Of a DNA stretch of 64,000 nucleotides, positions 1 to 9,070 are shown in pieces (position 1 is the stretch's first letter; every line of letters starts with the position of its first letter). A model generated the notes under the pieces. The model was not told where the DNA came from, searched no databases, and saw only the letters and a list, made by a program, of their open reading frames with translations. Position numbers and translations under genes: made by a program. The stretch is from Candidatus Tayloriibacteriota bacterium (GTDB taxonomy: Bacteria; Patescibacteriota; Minisyncoccia; Phycocordibacterales; PALSA-1337). Location: assembly GCA_903857825.1 (NCBI GenBank), contig CAIOGI010000001.1, forward strand, positions 40,698 through 104,697. Reading direction: 5' to 3'.

Positions 1-1136
1 GGTCACTTGGAAGCATTCTCGGTGTTTTTGTCACTGGATTTTACTTTATTTCGAGACTTGGAAGTTCTATAACAATATATGTTGTTTCAGTAATATTATT
101 TATATTGTTTTTGTATTTCTATACAATTAACCTTAATAGCCACGGGTCTAGACTCCGAAGGGAACTGCTACTCATATGCATACTGATTATTATTTTTCTA
201 GCATTTCTTTTAACATATCCACATGGGAAATCATTACTTCGAGAAAAGATTGTATACGAGAAAGAAACTGAGTATTACAGAGCAATGGTCGTTGACTATG
301 ATTTATATCCACAGTACGGCAAAAATAGATGGCTATTTCTTGATATAGACTCACACAGCATACAAATGGAAAAAGCCACGAAATCATTCTACACTGACAT
401 ATACCCAGTATTTTCAATATTCTCAAACTCAATAAATAAGATTCATATTATAGGTGCTGGGGCATATACTTTGCCTATAAATTTAAAGAAGTACTATTAT
501 GAATCCGAAGTGTCTGTTTCTGAAATTGATCCCGAATTAGAAAAAATAGGGAATGAGTATTTTAATTTGAAAAAGTATGATATTAAGACAGAGACTATAG
601 ATGCTAGAGTAAAATTCTCTAAAGTAACGGGGAATGACTCAAAGTACGATCTGATATATGGAGATGCGTATAATTCTTTTATATCAGTACCTTGGCATTT
701 ATTAACAAAAGAATTTCTAGGAAATATTAAATCATCATTAAATACAGATGGAATTTATGCAATAAACTTTATAGGGTCAACAAAAGGTACTGATTCTGTG
801 ATGTTTGAAAGTGTTTATAGCACTCTAAATGAAGTATTTCCAAATAATCAAGTTTTTACCTTTGGAACATCAAATGTACAAAATATTACAGTACTAGGAA
901 TTAATAACAACAAGCACATGGAATATGATGAAGTATACAAAAAACTATTGGAAATAAAGTCTAATGATAAGCTGTCTCAATCCCTGTTAAACAAAGATTT
1001 ACTTAACAATGGAAATGGTATAAAAAGAGGTTTTATACTGACTGATGATTTTTCACCAATTGAATATATGATGAACGGCTTAATAAAAAAATACTTCTCA
1101 GGATACTACGGTACATACAAAGAAATTATCAGCTAG
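1..1136 (+). CDS. Spermidine-synthase-like polyamine aminopropyltransferase with a hydrophobic N-terminal segment. The 5' end runs off the window: the frame is open from position 3, and the track start at 105 is a TTG.
   Basis: Motifs IHIIGAGAYTLP (Gly-rich SAM/dcSAM loop) and DLIYGDAYNS match the spermidine synthase fold. There is no in-frame stop upstream of 105. Confidence 0.55.
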   Translation, partial: SLGSILGVFVTGFYFISRLGSSITIYVVSVILFILFLYFYTINLNSHGSRLRRELLLICILIIIFLAFLLTYPHGKSLLREKIVYEKETEYYRAMVVDYDLYPQYGKNRWLFLDIDSHSIQMEKATKSFYTDIYPVFSIFSNSINKIHIIGAGAYTLPINLKKYYYESEVSVSEIDPELEKIGNEYFNLKKYDIKTETIDARVKFSKVTGNDSKYDLIYGDAYNSFISVPWHLLTKEFLGNIKSSLNTDGIYAINFIGSTKGTDSVMFESVYSTLNEVFPNNQVFTFGTSNVQNITVLGINNNKHMEYDEVYKKLLEIKSNDKLSQSLLNKDLLNNGNGIKRGFILTDDFSPIEYMMNGLIKKYFSGYYGTYKEIIS

Positions 1137-1153
1137 AGTCTTTATTTATACTA

Positions 1154-1942
1154 TTAATCAAGATTGAGTTCGATGGGACAATGATCTGAACCAATTACCG
1201 CGTTGAGAATATTGGCTTTTTTTACTTTTTGCACTAGGGCAGGGGAGATGAAAAAATAGTCAATTCTCCAACCAACATTTCTTTCTCTTGCGAAGGTTTT
1301 CATGTCCCACCATGTGTATGCGCCTACTTTTGTTGGATTTTGTTGTCTAAATATATCAAGGTATCCAGCTTGAATTACTTGATCAATCCACTCTCTTTCA
1401 ATAGGAAGGAATCCAGTATGATTCGAATTCTCCTTTGGTCGTGCCAAATCAATTTCATTATGTGCCGTGTTTACATCTCCACAGAATATCACTTCGTATC
1501 CTTTTTTTCTTTGCGCATTTATATATTTTAGGAATTGATCATAAAACCCCAGTTTATACTCTAATCGTTTAGGATCCTCAGCACCATTGGGAAAGTAGCA
1601 ATTAATCAGTACATACTTTACACCCATTAAATTCTTGTTTTCGTAGAATAGAGCTAAAAAGCGACCCTCTTTGTCATATTCCTCAATTCCTAGACCATAT
1701 TCTACCTTATCCGACTTCTCTTTAGCGTAAACAGCGACACCACTATAGCCCTTCTTTTCCTTAGAATGATCAAAATATGAATAATAGCCTAGTGGATTTC
1801 GTACACCTTCCTCTAATTGCTCTGGGTGCACCTTGGTCTCTTGATAACACATAAAGTCAGGAGACTTCTGCAAAAACCAATCAAATCCACCCTTTTTCAC
1901 ATTGGCGCGCAAGCCGTTTACGTTCCATGAGATTATGTTCAT
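1154..1942 (-). CDS. xthA: Exodeoxyribonuclease III / AP endonuclease (Xth family)
   Basis: MNIISWNVNGLRA, QETK, WWD..., and the C-terminal SDHCPIEL motif are hallmarks of EEP-fold ExoIII. Confidence 0.9.
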   Translation of the reverse strand: MNIISWNVNGLRANVKKGGFDWFLQKSPDFMCYQETKVHPEQLEEGVRNPLGYYSYFDHSKEKKGYSGVAVYAKEKSDKVEYGLGIEEYDKEGRFLALFYENKNLMGVKYVLINCYFPNGAEDPKRLEYKLGFYDQFLKYINAQRKKGYEVIFCGDVNTAHNEIDLARPKENSNHTGFLPIEREWIDQVIQAGYLDIFRQQNPTKVGAYTWWDMKTFARERNVGWRIDYFFISPALVQKVKKANILNAVIGSDHCPIELNLD

Positions 1943-1977
1943 GGGATAATTATAGCAGAAATTTTAAAAGCTACCCC

Positions 1978-4176
1978 TTATTCACTCTTCCTATGAAATT
2001 TTTTGTGGATTTTCTTTAATTCTGTATCAGTAACATGTGTATAAATCTGAGTTGTATTGATATTGGCATGGCCAAGAAGCATTTGCACTGAGCGCAGATC
2101 TGCACCATTTCTCAACAGGTCTGTCGCGAAGGAATTATGTGAAATAAAACCATCAGTAATAAAGTTTGAGTATTTATTAATGGTAAAATCAAATACCTCG
2201 GTTTTACCTTTAATATTTTCTATTTTTTTTATCTTTAACCACCGAATATGCGAATTCAGTTTAAGTAAATTCTCAAGTATATCAATCGATCCATCTTTTA
2301 AGCCATTTCCTCGCAAAACAGTTATGATTTTCATTAATAGATTAGCAGACAAACAGATATTTTTATATCTGGTTAGATTTTTTATATTACATTTATTTTG
2401 TATTTCATATACCAATCCCTTATTTTGCAACAATATTGGATATAATTTCCTTAGTATTTGCTGACATGGTATTTTTTCATCCTCAATAATTTCGGGATTT
2501 AATATCGTCTTTTGTTTAAGGGTTTGAATTAAAGACTTAAAGTTTCTCTGGTTTTTAAAGGTGGTTATATGAAGCACATAAATAGTATTGTCAATTATTT
2601 TTCCTTGTGGGAGCTTAACTTTTCTATCTCTTTTTAATAAAATAGAGTCAATATTAAGTATTAAAAATAAAGATTGAACATCTTTTAACAGGTCTTTGCT
2701 TGTTGAAAATACTTTTATAGTTCCATTATTGCCTTCCGCATCATAATATCCAGCAAGAAATGCGCTTATCTCTTCCTTGCTCGCCTTAAACAGACTCTCG
2801 GGAACACGCCTATATTTTGAGTATTGTGTAATACCAAGTTTTCTCAGTTTTCTTAATAACTTAACATCATAAATATATAAAGAATGTGATTTGCTTTCTT
2901 TATTTGGACCAATTATTGGCTTCCTACCAATTATTTTTTCTGCCAAATTTGCATAATATTGAATATGCTTTATGTCCTTATCATTGATAATAATTCCTCG
3001 CCTTCTTTCACTTAAGGTACCATCTCCTAAAATATATCCCGTCAACCTCCAAAAATCCTTGCCCTCACCATCTTTTTTGTTAAAAGAAAAATCTACATGT
3101 TTTATGCCTGCAACATAGTCTCCAACAGATAGATCCTGCATTTGTCTTTCAACAATCCCATTTGTATTTACTGTAAAAAATGTATGATATGGTGTAGCTA
3201 TAATTTCTCTGCCATCTGCCCACATGCTTGATAGATTCTCTGTCGAATGCTTTTTTTTGGCAATAACCTTACCTTTCATTATTTGGCCATTATTAAGGTC
3301 TAGACTCATTACCATGCTTTGCTTGGAATTATTCAATTTATTTGCAGAAAAAATCCCAGAGCTTGTAATAATCCTTGTGTCTGAGTGTAAGCAGTGGCGA
3401 ATAACGTGTGGCGTTACTTTCTTGGAAATACCACTATTTATGGCATACTGCTTGACTATTCTCTCAACTGTTCTTCTATCTAGTCTTAGCGAATCCTTTT
3501 TCTGAGCCATTTTCTCATTCTTCTTGCCTGTAATTTGCACAAAAAGTGCATCGTCCATATCATCTCTTTTATCTAAATATTTTTGTACAGCGTTTCTTGC
3601 ATCATCTGAAATAAATACCACACGAACCTTCTCACCCTTTCCTCTGACAGACATTTCATCTAATTTTAAGTTTATATCTCTAGGGAGGGCACATAACTCC
3701 GACACACGAAGACCTGTTGAAAAAAGTAGCTCTAGCATGGCTTTATCTCTCAAGCCCTTCAAATTGCTTGTGTCTGGGGCGTTAAGCAAACGAACAAGTT
3801 CTTCAATAGTTATCAGATCTAATGATCTTTCTGGTACTTTTGCTAGCTCTATTCTATCTGGAGATAGAGAAGTAATGCTCTGTCTAGCCAGATATTTGAG
3901 AAAGGCACGCAATGCTATCAAATAGTAGTTCTGTGTACGTTTCTTTAGGGTTGTTGGGGCCAGTCCTTTCTCATTTCTAGCCTCTTGTCTGTTAAGCCAA
4001 ATACGGAAATCGCGTACAACATTGTCAGTAATACCTTTTGGATCTTTTATCTTCGTATAATCTAAAAAACGGCTCAGGTAGCGATCATAATTACGCACAG
4101 TATTCAGGCTTCTACCTTTTTCTATTTCAGTATATTGAAGAAATTCGGTTTTTAGTGAAAAAAGATTTTGCGACAT
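1978..4176 (-). CDS. XerC/XerD-family tyrosine recombinase whose catalytic C-terminal domain is interrupted by a roughly 420-aa intein
   Basis: The N-extein has the typical Xer N-terminal region ([13 protein letters not shown]...) and [13 protein letters not shown] (the Arg I region). The sequence ...TPHVIRH is then split from [34 protein letters not shown], which carries the catalytic Tyr. Confidence 0.85.
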   Translation of the reverse strand: MSQNLFSLKTEFLQYTEIEKGRSLNTVRNYDRYLSRFLDYTKIKDPKGITDNVVRDFRIWLNRQEARNEKGLAPTTLKKRTQNYYLIALRAFLKYLARQSITSLSPDRIELAKVPERSLDLITIEELVRLLNAPDTSNLKGLRDKAMLELLFSTGLRVSELCALPRDINLKLDEMSVRGKGEKVRVVFISDDARNAVQKYLDKRDDMDDALFVQITGKKNEKMAQKKDSLRLDRRTVERIVKQYAINSGISKKVTPHVIRHCLHSDTRIITSSGIFSANKLNNSKQSMVMSLDLNNGQIMKGKVIAKKKHSTENLSSMWADGREIIATPYHTFFTVNTNGIVERQMQDLSVGDYVAGIKHVDFSFNKKDGEGKDFWRLTGYILGDGTLSERRRGIIINDKDIKHIQYYANLAEKIIGRKPIIGPNKESKSHSLYIYDVKLLRKLRKLGITQYSKYRRVPESLFKASKEEISAFLAGYYDAEGNNGTIKVFSTSKDLLKDVQSLFLILNIDSILLKRDRKVKLPQGKIIDNTIYVLHITTFKNQRNFKSLIQTLKQKTILNPEIIEDEKIPCQQILRKLYPILLQNKGLVYEIQNKCNIKNLTRYKNICLSANLLMKIITVLRGNGLKDGSIDILENLLKLNSHIRWLKIKKIENIKGKTEVFDFTINKYSNFITDGFISHNSFATDLLRNGADLRSVQMLLGHANINTTQIYTHVTDTELKKIHKKFHRKSE
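2134..3393 (-). mobile_element. Intein (Cys1 ... His-Asn, with a +1 Ser) carrying a LAGLIDADG homing endonuclease, inserted directly after the catalytic RH of the recombinase
   Basis: It starts [13 protein letters not shown] and has block B TPYHT. Two LAGLIDADG-type motifs are present ([12 protein letters not shown] and [11 protein letters not shown]). It ends FISHN followed by S. Extein coordinates were worked out from residue counts. Confidence 0.8.
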
Positions 4177-4216
4177 GATTTAAGTATACAATGCCAATCT
4201 TTTTCACACCCCCTTG

Positions 4217-4246
4217 ACAAAAAACTAGGGTATGCTATGATATCAC
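4217..4246 (+). promoter_or_regulatory. Near-consensus sigma70-type promoter (TTGACA-N17-TATGAT) pointing towards rpsO
   Basis: Sequence ccTTGACAaaaaactagggtatgcTATGATat. Confidence 0.5.
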
Positions 4247-4460
4247 CAACGTGTCTGAGCTTACTGCTATTGTTTATACCTATTGGCAAGGTAGGCAATG
4301 GCAATCGAACACCGCACAAACAATGGCCCCACGTGCTAAATGCGAGAGCACAGGCCACAACAATGAAAGGGAATCGCCATGATCAGAGGCCCGCCCCAAC
4401 TAGTTCGCCCCGTATCCCAATTTCGCACAGCTATGTGGAAAGAAGAGGATGCGGGGCATT
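4247..4460 (+). ncRNA. Candidate structured non-coding RNA or a long structured rpsO leader. The segment is GC-rich and sits downstream of the consensus promoter. Its class is unassigned.
   Basis: About 210 nt, visibly GC-rich in an AT-rich genome. It has no RBS or plausible ORF. A complementary pair cgccccgtatcc / ggatgcggggc is present. A second promoter-like TTGCAA-N17-TAGTAT lies just upstream of rpsO. Confidence 0.3.
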
Positions 4461-4502
4461 TAATTTGCAAATTTTATACATTCATGCTAGTATATCCCAA
4501 TC

Positions 4503-4772
4503 ATGTTAACAACAAGACAGAAGACAAATATCATAAAAAACGTAGCAATACACGATAAAGATACTGGCTCTCCAGAGGTTCAAATTTCAATATTAACAAA
4601 GAGAATCGAAGAATTAGCTGGTCACTTGAAAAAGCATAAGAAAGACAATCACTCAAGACGAGGACTTCTAGCCATGGTAGCCGATAGACAGACTCACATG
4701 AACTATTTAAAGAAGAAGAGCACTAAGCGTTATAACAGTATCGCGAAGAAACTAGATATAAAGGCAAAGTAA
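4503..4772 (+). CDS. rpsO: 30S ribosomal protein S15
   Basis: GSPEVQISILTKRIEELAGHLKKHKKDNHSRRGLLAMV matches the S15 signature. Confidence 0.95.
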   Translation: MLTTRQKTNIIKNVAIHDKDTGSPEVQISILTKRIEELAGHLKKHKKDNHSRRGLLAMVADRQTHMNYLKKKSTKRYNSIAKKLDIKAK

Positions 4773-4865
4773 AATTGGACTCGCTTGCTTGCGCTCGGAA
4801 GCTCCTCTTTTTTTCACAAGTTCAAAAAAGTAGGACTTCCTCACCGCGTCGAGTCTCAATTTTAC
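4769..4865. repeat. Palindromic intergenic repeat element, copy A. Its termini are gtaaaattggactcg ... cgagtctcaattttac, and it overlaps the rpsO stop.
   Basis: The same element recurs at 36090-36188, with variants at 44676-44702 and 45180-45317. Confidence 0.65.
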
Positions 4866-4977
4866 ATACCCTAATCATTATATGAGTCCAATTTTGTTAT
4901 TAATGGTATACTTAGTTCAGTAAGTATTTTAATAATAGTAGGTTAAATTTTAATAATAAATAAGTAAATAATTTTAT

Positions 4978-5613
4978 ATGTCAGTAATTAAACATAAAGA
5001 ACAGCGTGTTGGAGTTTTTATAGATACTCAAAACATTTATCATAGTGCGAAAAATCTATATCATTCAAAGGTCAATTTTGGTCAAATAGTAAAAGATGCG
5101 GTAGGGGAGAGATCTCTTATCCGTGCAGTCGCTTATGTCATAACAACAGAGGCAGGTGACGAGAAAGCATTTTTTGAAGCACTCACAAAAATGGGCATAG
5201 AAACTAAAACAAAGGATCTTCAGATATTCGGTAGTGGAGCAAAGAAGGCAGACTGGGATGTGGGACTTGCAATAGATGCTGTGAAGCTAGCACCAAAACT
5301 AGATGCAGTCATTCTAGTAACGGGCGATGGAGACTTCGTACCACTTGTAGAATATTTGCAGACAAATGAGGGGTGTCAGGTAGAAGTTGTTTCCTTTGGT
5401 AAATCAACATCAACAAAACTACGTGAAGTAGTAGATGATTTCTTTGACCTTGATGAAAGTGTTTCTAAATATTTAATCGGTCATCAAAATAGATTTCAAG
5501 GATCAGGAAAGGGTAAGGCACCTATTCGCCAAGGCTTCAAGAAGCGAGGACCAAAAGATGCGACAGTTGGAAATGTTGCAGATGAAATAGCGGATTTGAG
5601 TGGGCAGGAGTAA
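4978..5613 (+). CDS. NYN/LabA-like domain protein (a predicted RNase-like PIN-related fold)
   Basis: VFIDTQNIY, DVGLAIDA and ILVTGDGDFVPLV are the LabA/NYN acidic motifs. Confidence 0.7.
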   Translation: MSVIKHKEQRVGVFIDTQNIYHSAKNLYHSKVNFGQIVKDAVGERSLIRAVAYVITTEAGDEKAFFEALTKMGIETKTKDLQIFGSGAKKADWDVGLAIDAVKLAPKLDAVILVTGDGDFVPLVEYLQTNEGCQVEVVSFGKSTSTKLREVVDDFFDLDESVSKYLIGHQNRFQGSGKGKAPIRQGFKKRGPKDATVGNVADEIADLSGQE

Positions 5614-5634
5614 AAATTTTACACTATGAAACAA

Positions 5635-5669
5635 AAGACCTTGTGGCGGAAGTTCCCAAGGTCTTTTTG
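5635..5669 (+). terminator. Rho-independent terminator hairpin (aagaccttg...caaggtctt followed by a T-run)
   Basis: A perfect 9-bp stem followed by TTTTT. Confidence 0.6.
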
Positions 5670-5736
5670 ATTGATATAATTATGGATATTAAAAACTATT
5701 TTATAAATAATTATTAACTTTAATCTAAATATAAAT

Positions 5737-6561
5737 ATGAATGAAATAAAGGATATTGCATTGTTTGAGGGAAAGGAGGTGAGAAAAGTTTGGCATAATG
5801 AAAAATGGTACTTTTGTGTTAATGACATTGTGCTTGTTCTTACAGAAACCGTTGATCCAGTTGATTATATAAAGAAAATTAGACAACGAGATGAAGAACT
5901 TGGCAAAGGGTGGGGACAAATTGTCACCCCCCTTTCAATGCAGACAAGAGGAGGAAAACAGATGATCAATTGTGCAAACTTAGAAGGTATATTCAGAATA
6001 ATTCAATCTATTCCGTCACCTAAGGCAGAACCTATTAGGTTATGGCTCGCTCGTGTAGGCACCGAAAGACTTGAAGAAATTCAAGACCCTGAACTCGCTA
6101 TGGATCGGGCAAAAGCTATTTATGAAAGAAAAGGATATCCGAAGGACTGGATAGACAAGAGAATGAGGGGAATAAATGTTCGTCATAGCCTAACAGACGA
6201 ATGGAAGAACAGAGGAGTAAAGAAGGGTATTGAATTTGCTATTCTTACTGACGAAATATATAAAGGCACTTTTGACATGACTGCACAGGAGTATAAAAAG
6301 CATAAGTCATTAAATAAGGAGAATAATCTCCGTGATCATATGAATGACATCGAACTCATATTGACTATGCTTGGAGAGGCTACAACAACGAAGTTAACGC
6401 AAGATAGAGATTCACGTGAATTTGATAAGTTACAAAAAGATGCGGAAGAAGGTGGGGAAGTGGCAGGAAAAACTAGGAAGGACATTGAAAGTAGGACGAA
6501 GAAGACGGTAATAGCTAAAGAAAATTATTTGCCGAGAACAAGAAAAAATCTAAACTCATAG
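5737..6561 (+). CDS. DinD-family (DNA-damage-inducible protein D) / Bro-N domain protein
   Basis: It has a Bro-N-like N-terminus (KVWHNEKWYFCVNDIV...). The central FAILTDEIYKGTFDMTAQEYKKHKSL...DHMNDIELIL aligns with E. coli DinD FAIFQNRGYQGLYGG...DHMGSTELAANL. Confidence 0.6.
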   Translation: MNEIKDIALFEGKEVRKVWHNEKWYFCVNDIVLVLTETVDPVDYIKKIRQRDEELGKGWGQIVTPLSMQTRGGKQMINCANLEGIFRIIQSIPSPKAEPIRLWLARVGTERLEEIQDPELAMDRAKAIYERKGYPKDWIDKRMRGINVRHSLTDEWKNRGVKKGIEFAILTDEIYKGTFDMTAQEYKKHKSLNKENNLRDHMNDIELILTMLGEATTTKLTQDRDSREFDKLQKDAEEGGEVAGKTRKDIESRTKKTVIAKENYLPRTRKNLNS

Positions 6562-6778
6562 TTGATAGTTTACTGCCAACTATCAACCATAACATACAAA
6601 ATATACGACTAGAATATAAACTAGACTAATAATTAGACCAATAACTAGACTAATAATAGACTAATCTATAGTTATTAAATGGCTATATTTATAACTATAT
6701 ATGGATTTAGCTCAAAGTTATACCTTAAAAGCTAGTAGAAAAATTGATAGAAAAGTTAACCCATGATATACTCATATT

Positions 6779-8002
6779 GTGAACAATGAAACTATAGCAA
6801 AAAACAACTCAAATCCATTCAAAAAAGGCTTTCTATCTCATTTCAGCCTTGATTTTGACTTGTTTAAAATACAGGATTCAGATATACAGAGATTAGATAA
6901 TAAACTAAATTCCTTCGAAAAGATATTTCTGGACCCAAATATAGAAAAGACCCTAATAAGCAAGAATGAGTTACTTGCCTCTTTTGCAATATCAAAAGCA
7001 GAAAATTCTCAGCTCACATTAGAAGAAGCGGAAGATATCTATAAATTTGTTATAGAAAATAAAGATTTTGATTTTATAAGTAAAAAAATATCAAGTGGTA
7101 AAAAACTAGAAAAAAAAGACTATGAAAAGTTAGAATTCTTTAATATTGCTAGCACCTTTAGAGCTTTAAATGCAAATCCTTTTATGATTCAAGAACTGGA
7201 TGATAAATTGATTAGGAAAATCCATTTTGATATAACAAAAGGGCTAGATATTTTTGCTAAATATCTACCAGAATTTACTCTATATAAATCAGGAAACTGG
7301 CGTGATAATAATGAAATTCGTGTTGGAAAATATACTCCATCAGATTTCAAAGATATTCCAAATTCTATTTCTGATCTTATTTCATGGTTTAAAGATAATC
7401 AGTCCATAACAAATGTAGCTATATTTCATACTGCTCTATATGCAATACACCCTTTCAACAATGGGAATAAAAGAGTTTGTAGAATAATTGAGCATATTTT
7501 ATTAAAAATAATAGGGCTTAATAAGAATAATCTTTATAGTAATTCGTATTTTTATCATAAAGAAAAAACTAGATATTACAAGTATCTTTTAAGTTCACTA
7601 GAGAGAAGGAATCTTAATATTTTCTCATCTTTTATACTAGAGTCTATCGTCTTCTCTATTTTGGGAGTGATCAAAACTAGTCTAGAAATAAAAAGGCAAC
7701 AATACATTGCCCAGTCTGAACTTGATAAGGCAGTACAAAAAGCAATTAAAGGGCTTATTAAAAGAAGGGAATTGCAATTTAAAAACTTCTATAAAATAGT
7801 TAAAAACCAAATTTCCAAGCAAACATTCGTAAATTATCTAGAAAAAGCAGTAAGTGCTGGAATTCTTATTAAAAGAGATGCAGGCAAAGCAACATATTAT
7901 AGGTTAAATATAGAAACGGATGAGGAAAAGTTATTAGCGGAGTTACTTGAGGATATAAAAGGGAAGGTTGGGGTTATAGATGAGGATTTGAGGTTGGTGT
8001 AG
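6779..8002 (+). CDS. Fic/Doc-family protein with a non-canonical Fic motif (HPFNNGNKRVCR) and a C-terminal winged-helix-like region. The track start is a GTG.
   Basis: The HPFxxGNxR core is present. It deviates from canonical HPFx(D/E)GNGRxxR by having N at the D/E position and K in place of the second G. Confidence 0.65.
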   Translation: MNNETIAKNNSNPFKKGFLSHFSLDFDLFKIQDSDIQRLDNKLNSFEKIFLDPNIEKTLISKNELLASFAISKAENSQLTLEEAEDIYKFVIENKDFDFISKKISSGKKLEKKDYEKLEFFNIASTFRALNANPFMIQELDDKLIRKIHFDITKGLDIFAKYLPEFTLYKSGNWRDNNEIRVGKYTPSDFKDIPNSISDLISWFKDNQSITNVAIFHTALYAIHPFNNGNKRVCRIIEHILLKIIGLNKNNLYSNSYFYHKEKTRYYKYLLSSLERRNLNIFSSFILESIVFSILGVIKTSLEIKRQQYIAQSELDKAVQKAIKGLIKRRELQFKNFYKIVKNQISKQTFVNYLEKAVSAGILIKRDAGKATYYRLNIETDEEKLLAELLEDIKGKVGVIDEDLRLV

Positions 8003-8022
8003 AAATGTGATGTAAAAGAAAA

Positions 8023-8040
8023 CCGTACATCTCTGTACGG
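8023..8040. terminator. Bidirectional hairpin (ccgtaca-tctc-tgtacgg) between convergent genes
   Basis: A perfect 7-bp stem with A- and T-rich flanks. Confidence 0.45.
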
Positions 8041-8085
8041 CCGTTGTGGGTAATGCCCCGCTGAAACATTACCTTGATTTGCGTG

Positions 8086-8616
8086 TTATTGTGCGGCACG
8101 CTTTGCTTCATCTAGGTGTTGCCTGAGTTGCCCAAGAAACCTTCTTGAGTTCACAGTGATACCTTGTTTTTCTTCCTCCTCAAATAGCTTGATAAATTTT
8201 GTCAGAATCTCAACCGCAATTTTTGCGTCAAGAAATTTCTGGCAAAACCACCAAGCCATGGTCGGTCTGTAGTAGGCGAGTTCACGTGCAGCCTGCTTAA
8301 GATCTTTCTCGTTCATCCGAAGCATTCTCGTCGTCTGAATTACCCCCTCACCATATCCGGCCTTAGCGTATTCGGTCCAAGCTGACTCCAACACAATTTT
8401 CCTGTGGATTCTGGATAGTCCCCTAACCAGACTGGTAACGCCTTGTGTATCCCAAGTTGCCTTATCGGTCTTTGGGTGAATGATGTAAGAAGGGAAGTTT
8501 GTGGTATTCATGTACTTTGTCTTTCTTTTCTGGTGTTCAATGGCACACCTACTTAAAGCCGTATTTTGTTGTAAAGAACTAACTCTATGAATCTGCGACA
8601 TCAGTCGTAGACTCAA
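8086..8616 (-). CDS. Hypothetical protein with visibly higher GC than its neighbours
   Basis: A long ORF with coherent codon usage. I recognise no motifs in it. Confidence 0.4.
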   Translation of the reverse strand: MSLRLMSQIHRVSSLQQNTALSRCAIEHQKRKTKYMNTTNFPSYIIHPKTDKATWDTQGVTSLVRGLSRIHRKIVLESAWTEYAKAGYGEGVIQTTRMLRMNEKDLKQAARELAYYRPTMAWWFCQKFLDAKIAVEILTKFIKLFEEEEKQGITVNSRRFLGQLRQHLDEAKRAAQ

Positions 8617-8695
8617 TGAAGTCGAGGATTTTCTTAGGATCCTCGATGTTGAAAGTTTTAGGCGTTAGCCACGGTTACTTCACCGAGTGGAGTTA

Positions 8696-9070
8696 CTACT
8701 GTGCCTTATGTACCTTAACCATTTGGATGATTAAATGCGCCACCTCCTTCAACGGGAAAGGGTGTTCGTACTTTCCCAAGAGCCGGTAAGTGCAGTAAGC
8801 ATCTATTGCCTTGTGGTCACTGGTAGTCACAAGTGTAATGTCTTTCGGGATAAGTCTTGCGACTTCCGCTCCTGAAAACATATGCATCTGATGATCCAGC
8901 AGGACGAGCTGGCAACCATTGATTTTCTTCAACACCTGATTAATTGATGTGTTCATGGAAACCACGATTGACACCGCCTCAAATCCCGCTACCTGCACAG
9001 CTTGGCTGAGGTCTTTTACGAAGTATTGGTCGTCATCAACCACCGCTATTTTTGTTGTTCTATTTTTCAT
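8696..9070 (-). CDS. Stand-alone response-regulator receiver (CheY-like REC) domain protein
   Basis: IAVVDDD, and LVLLDHQM with the phospho-acceptor Asp. It is about 124 aa and has no output domain. Confidence 0.7.
   Translation of the reverse strand: MKNRTTKIAVVDDDQYFVKDLSQAVQVAGFEAVSIVVSMNTSINQVLKKINGCQLVLLDHQMHMFSGAEVARLIPKDITLVTTSDHKAIDAYCTYRLLGKYEHPFPLKEVAHLIIQMVKVHKAQ

Noticed and set aside
190-432. 80-aa minus-strand ORF inside the spermidine-synthase-like gene, plus other short antisense ORFs nested in pnp, polA, the PBP gene, pilB and elsewhere
   Set aside because: They are fully embedded antisense in well-supported genes and have no motifs. They are treated as chance ORFs.
4168-4509. 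113-aa plus-strand ORF spanning the xer-rpsO gap
   Set aside because: It starts inside the xer coding region and runs into rpsO. It has no RBS and a low-complexity product. The GC-rich region is better explained as a structured RNA or leader behind the consensus promoter.
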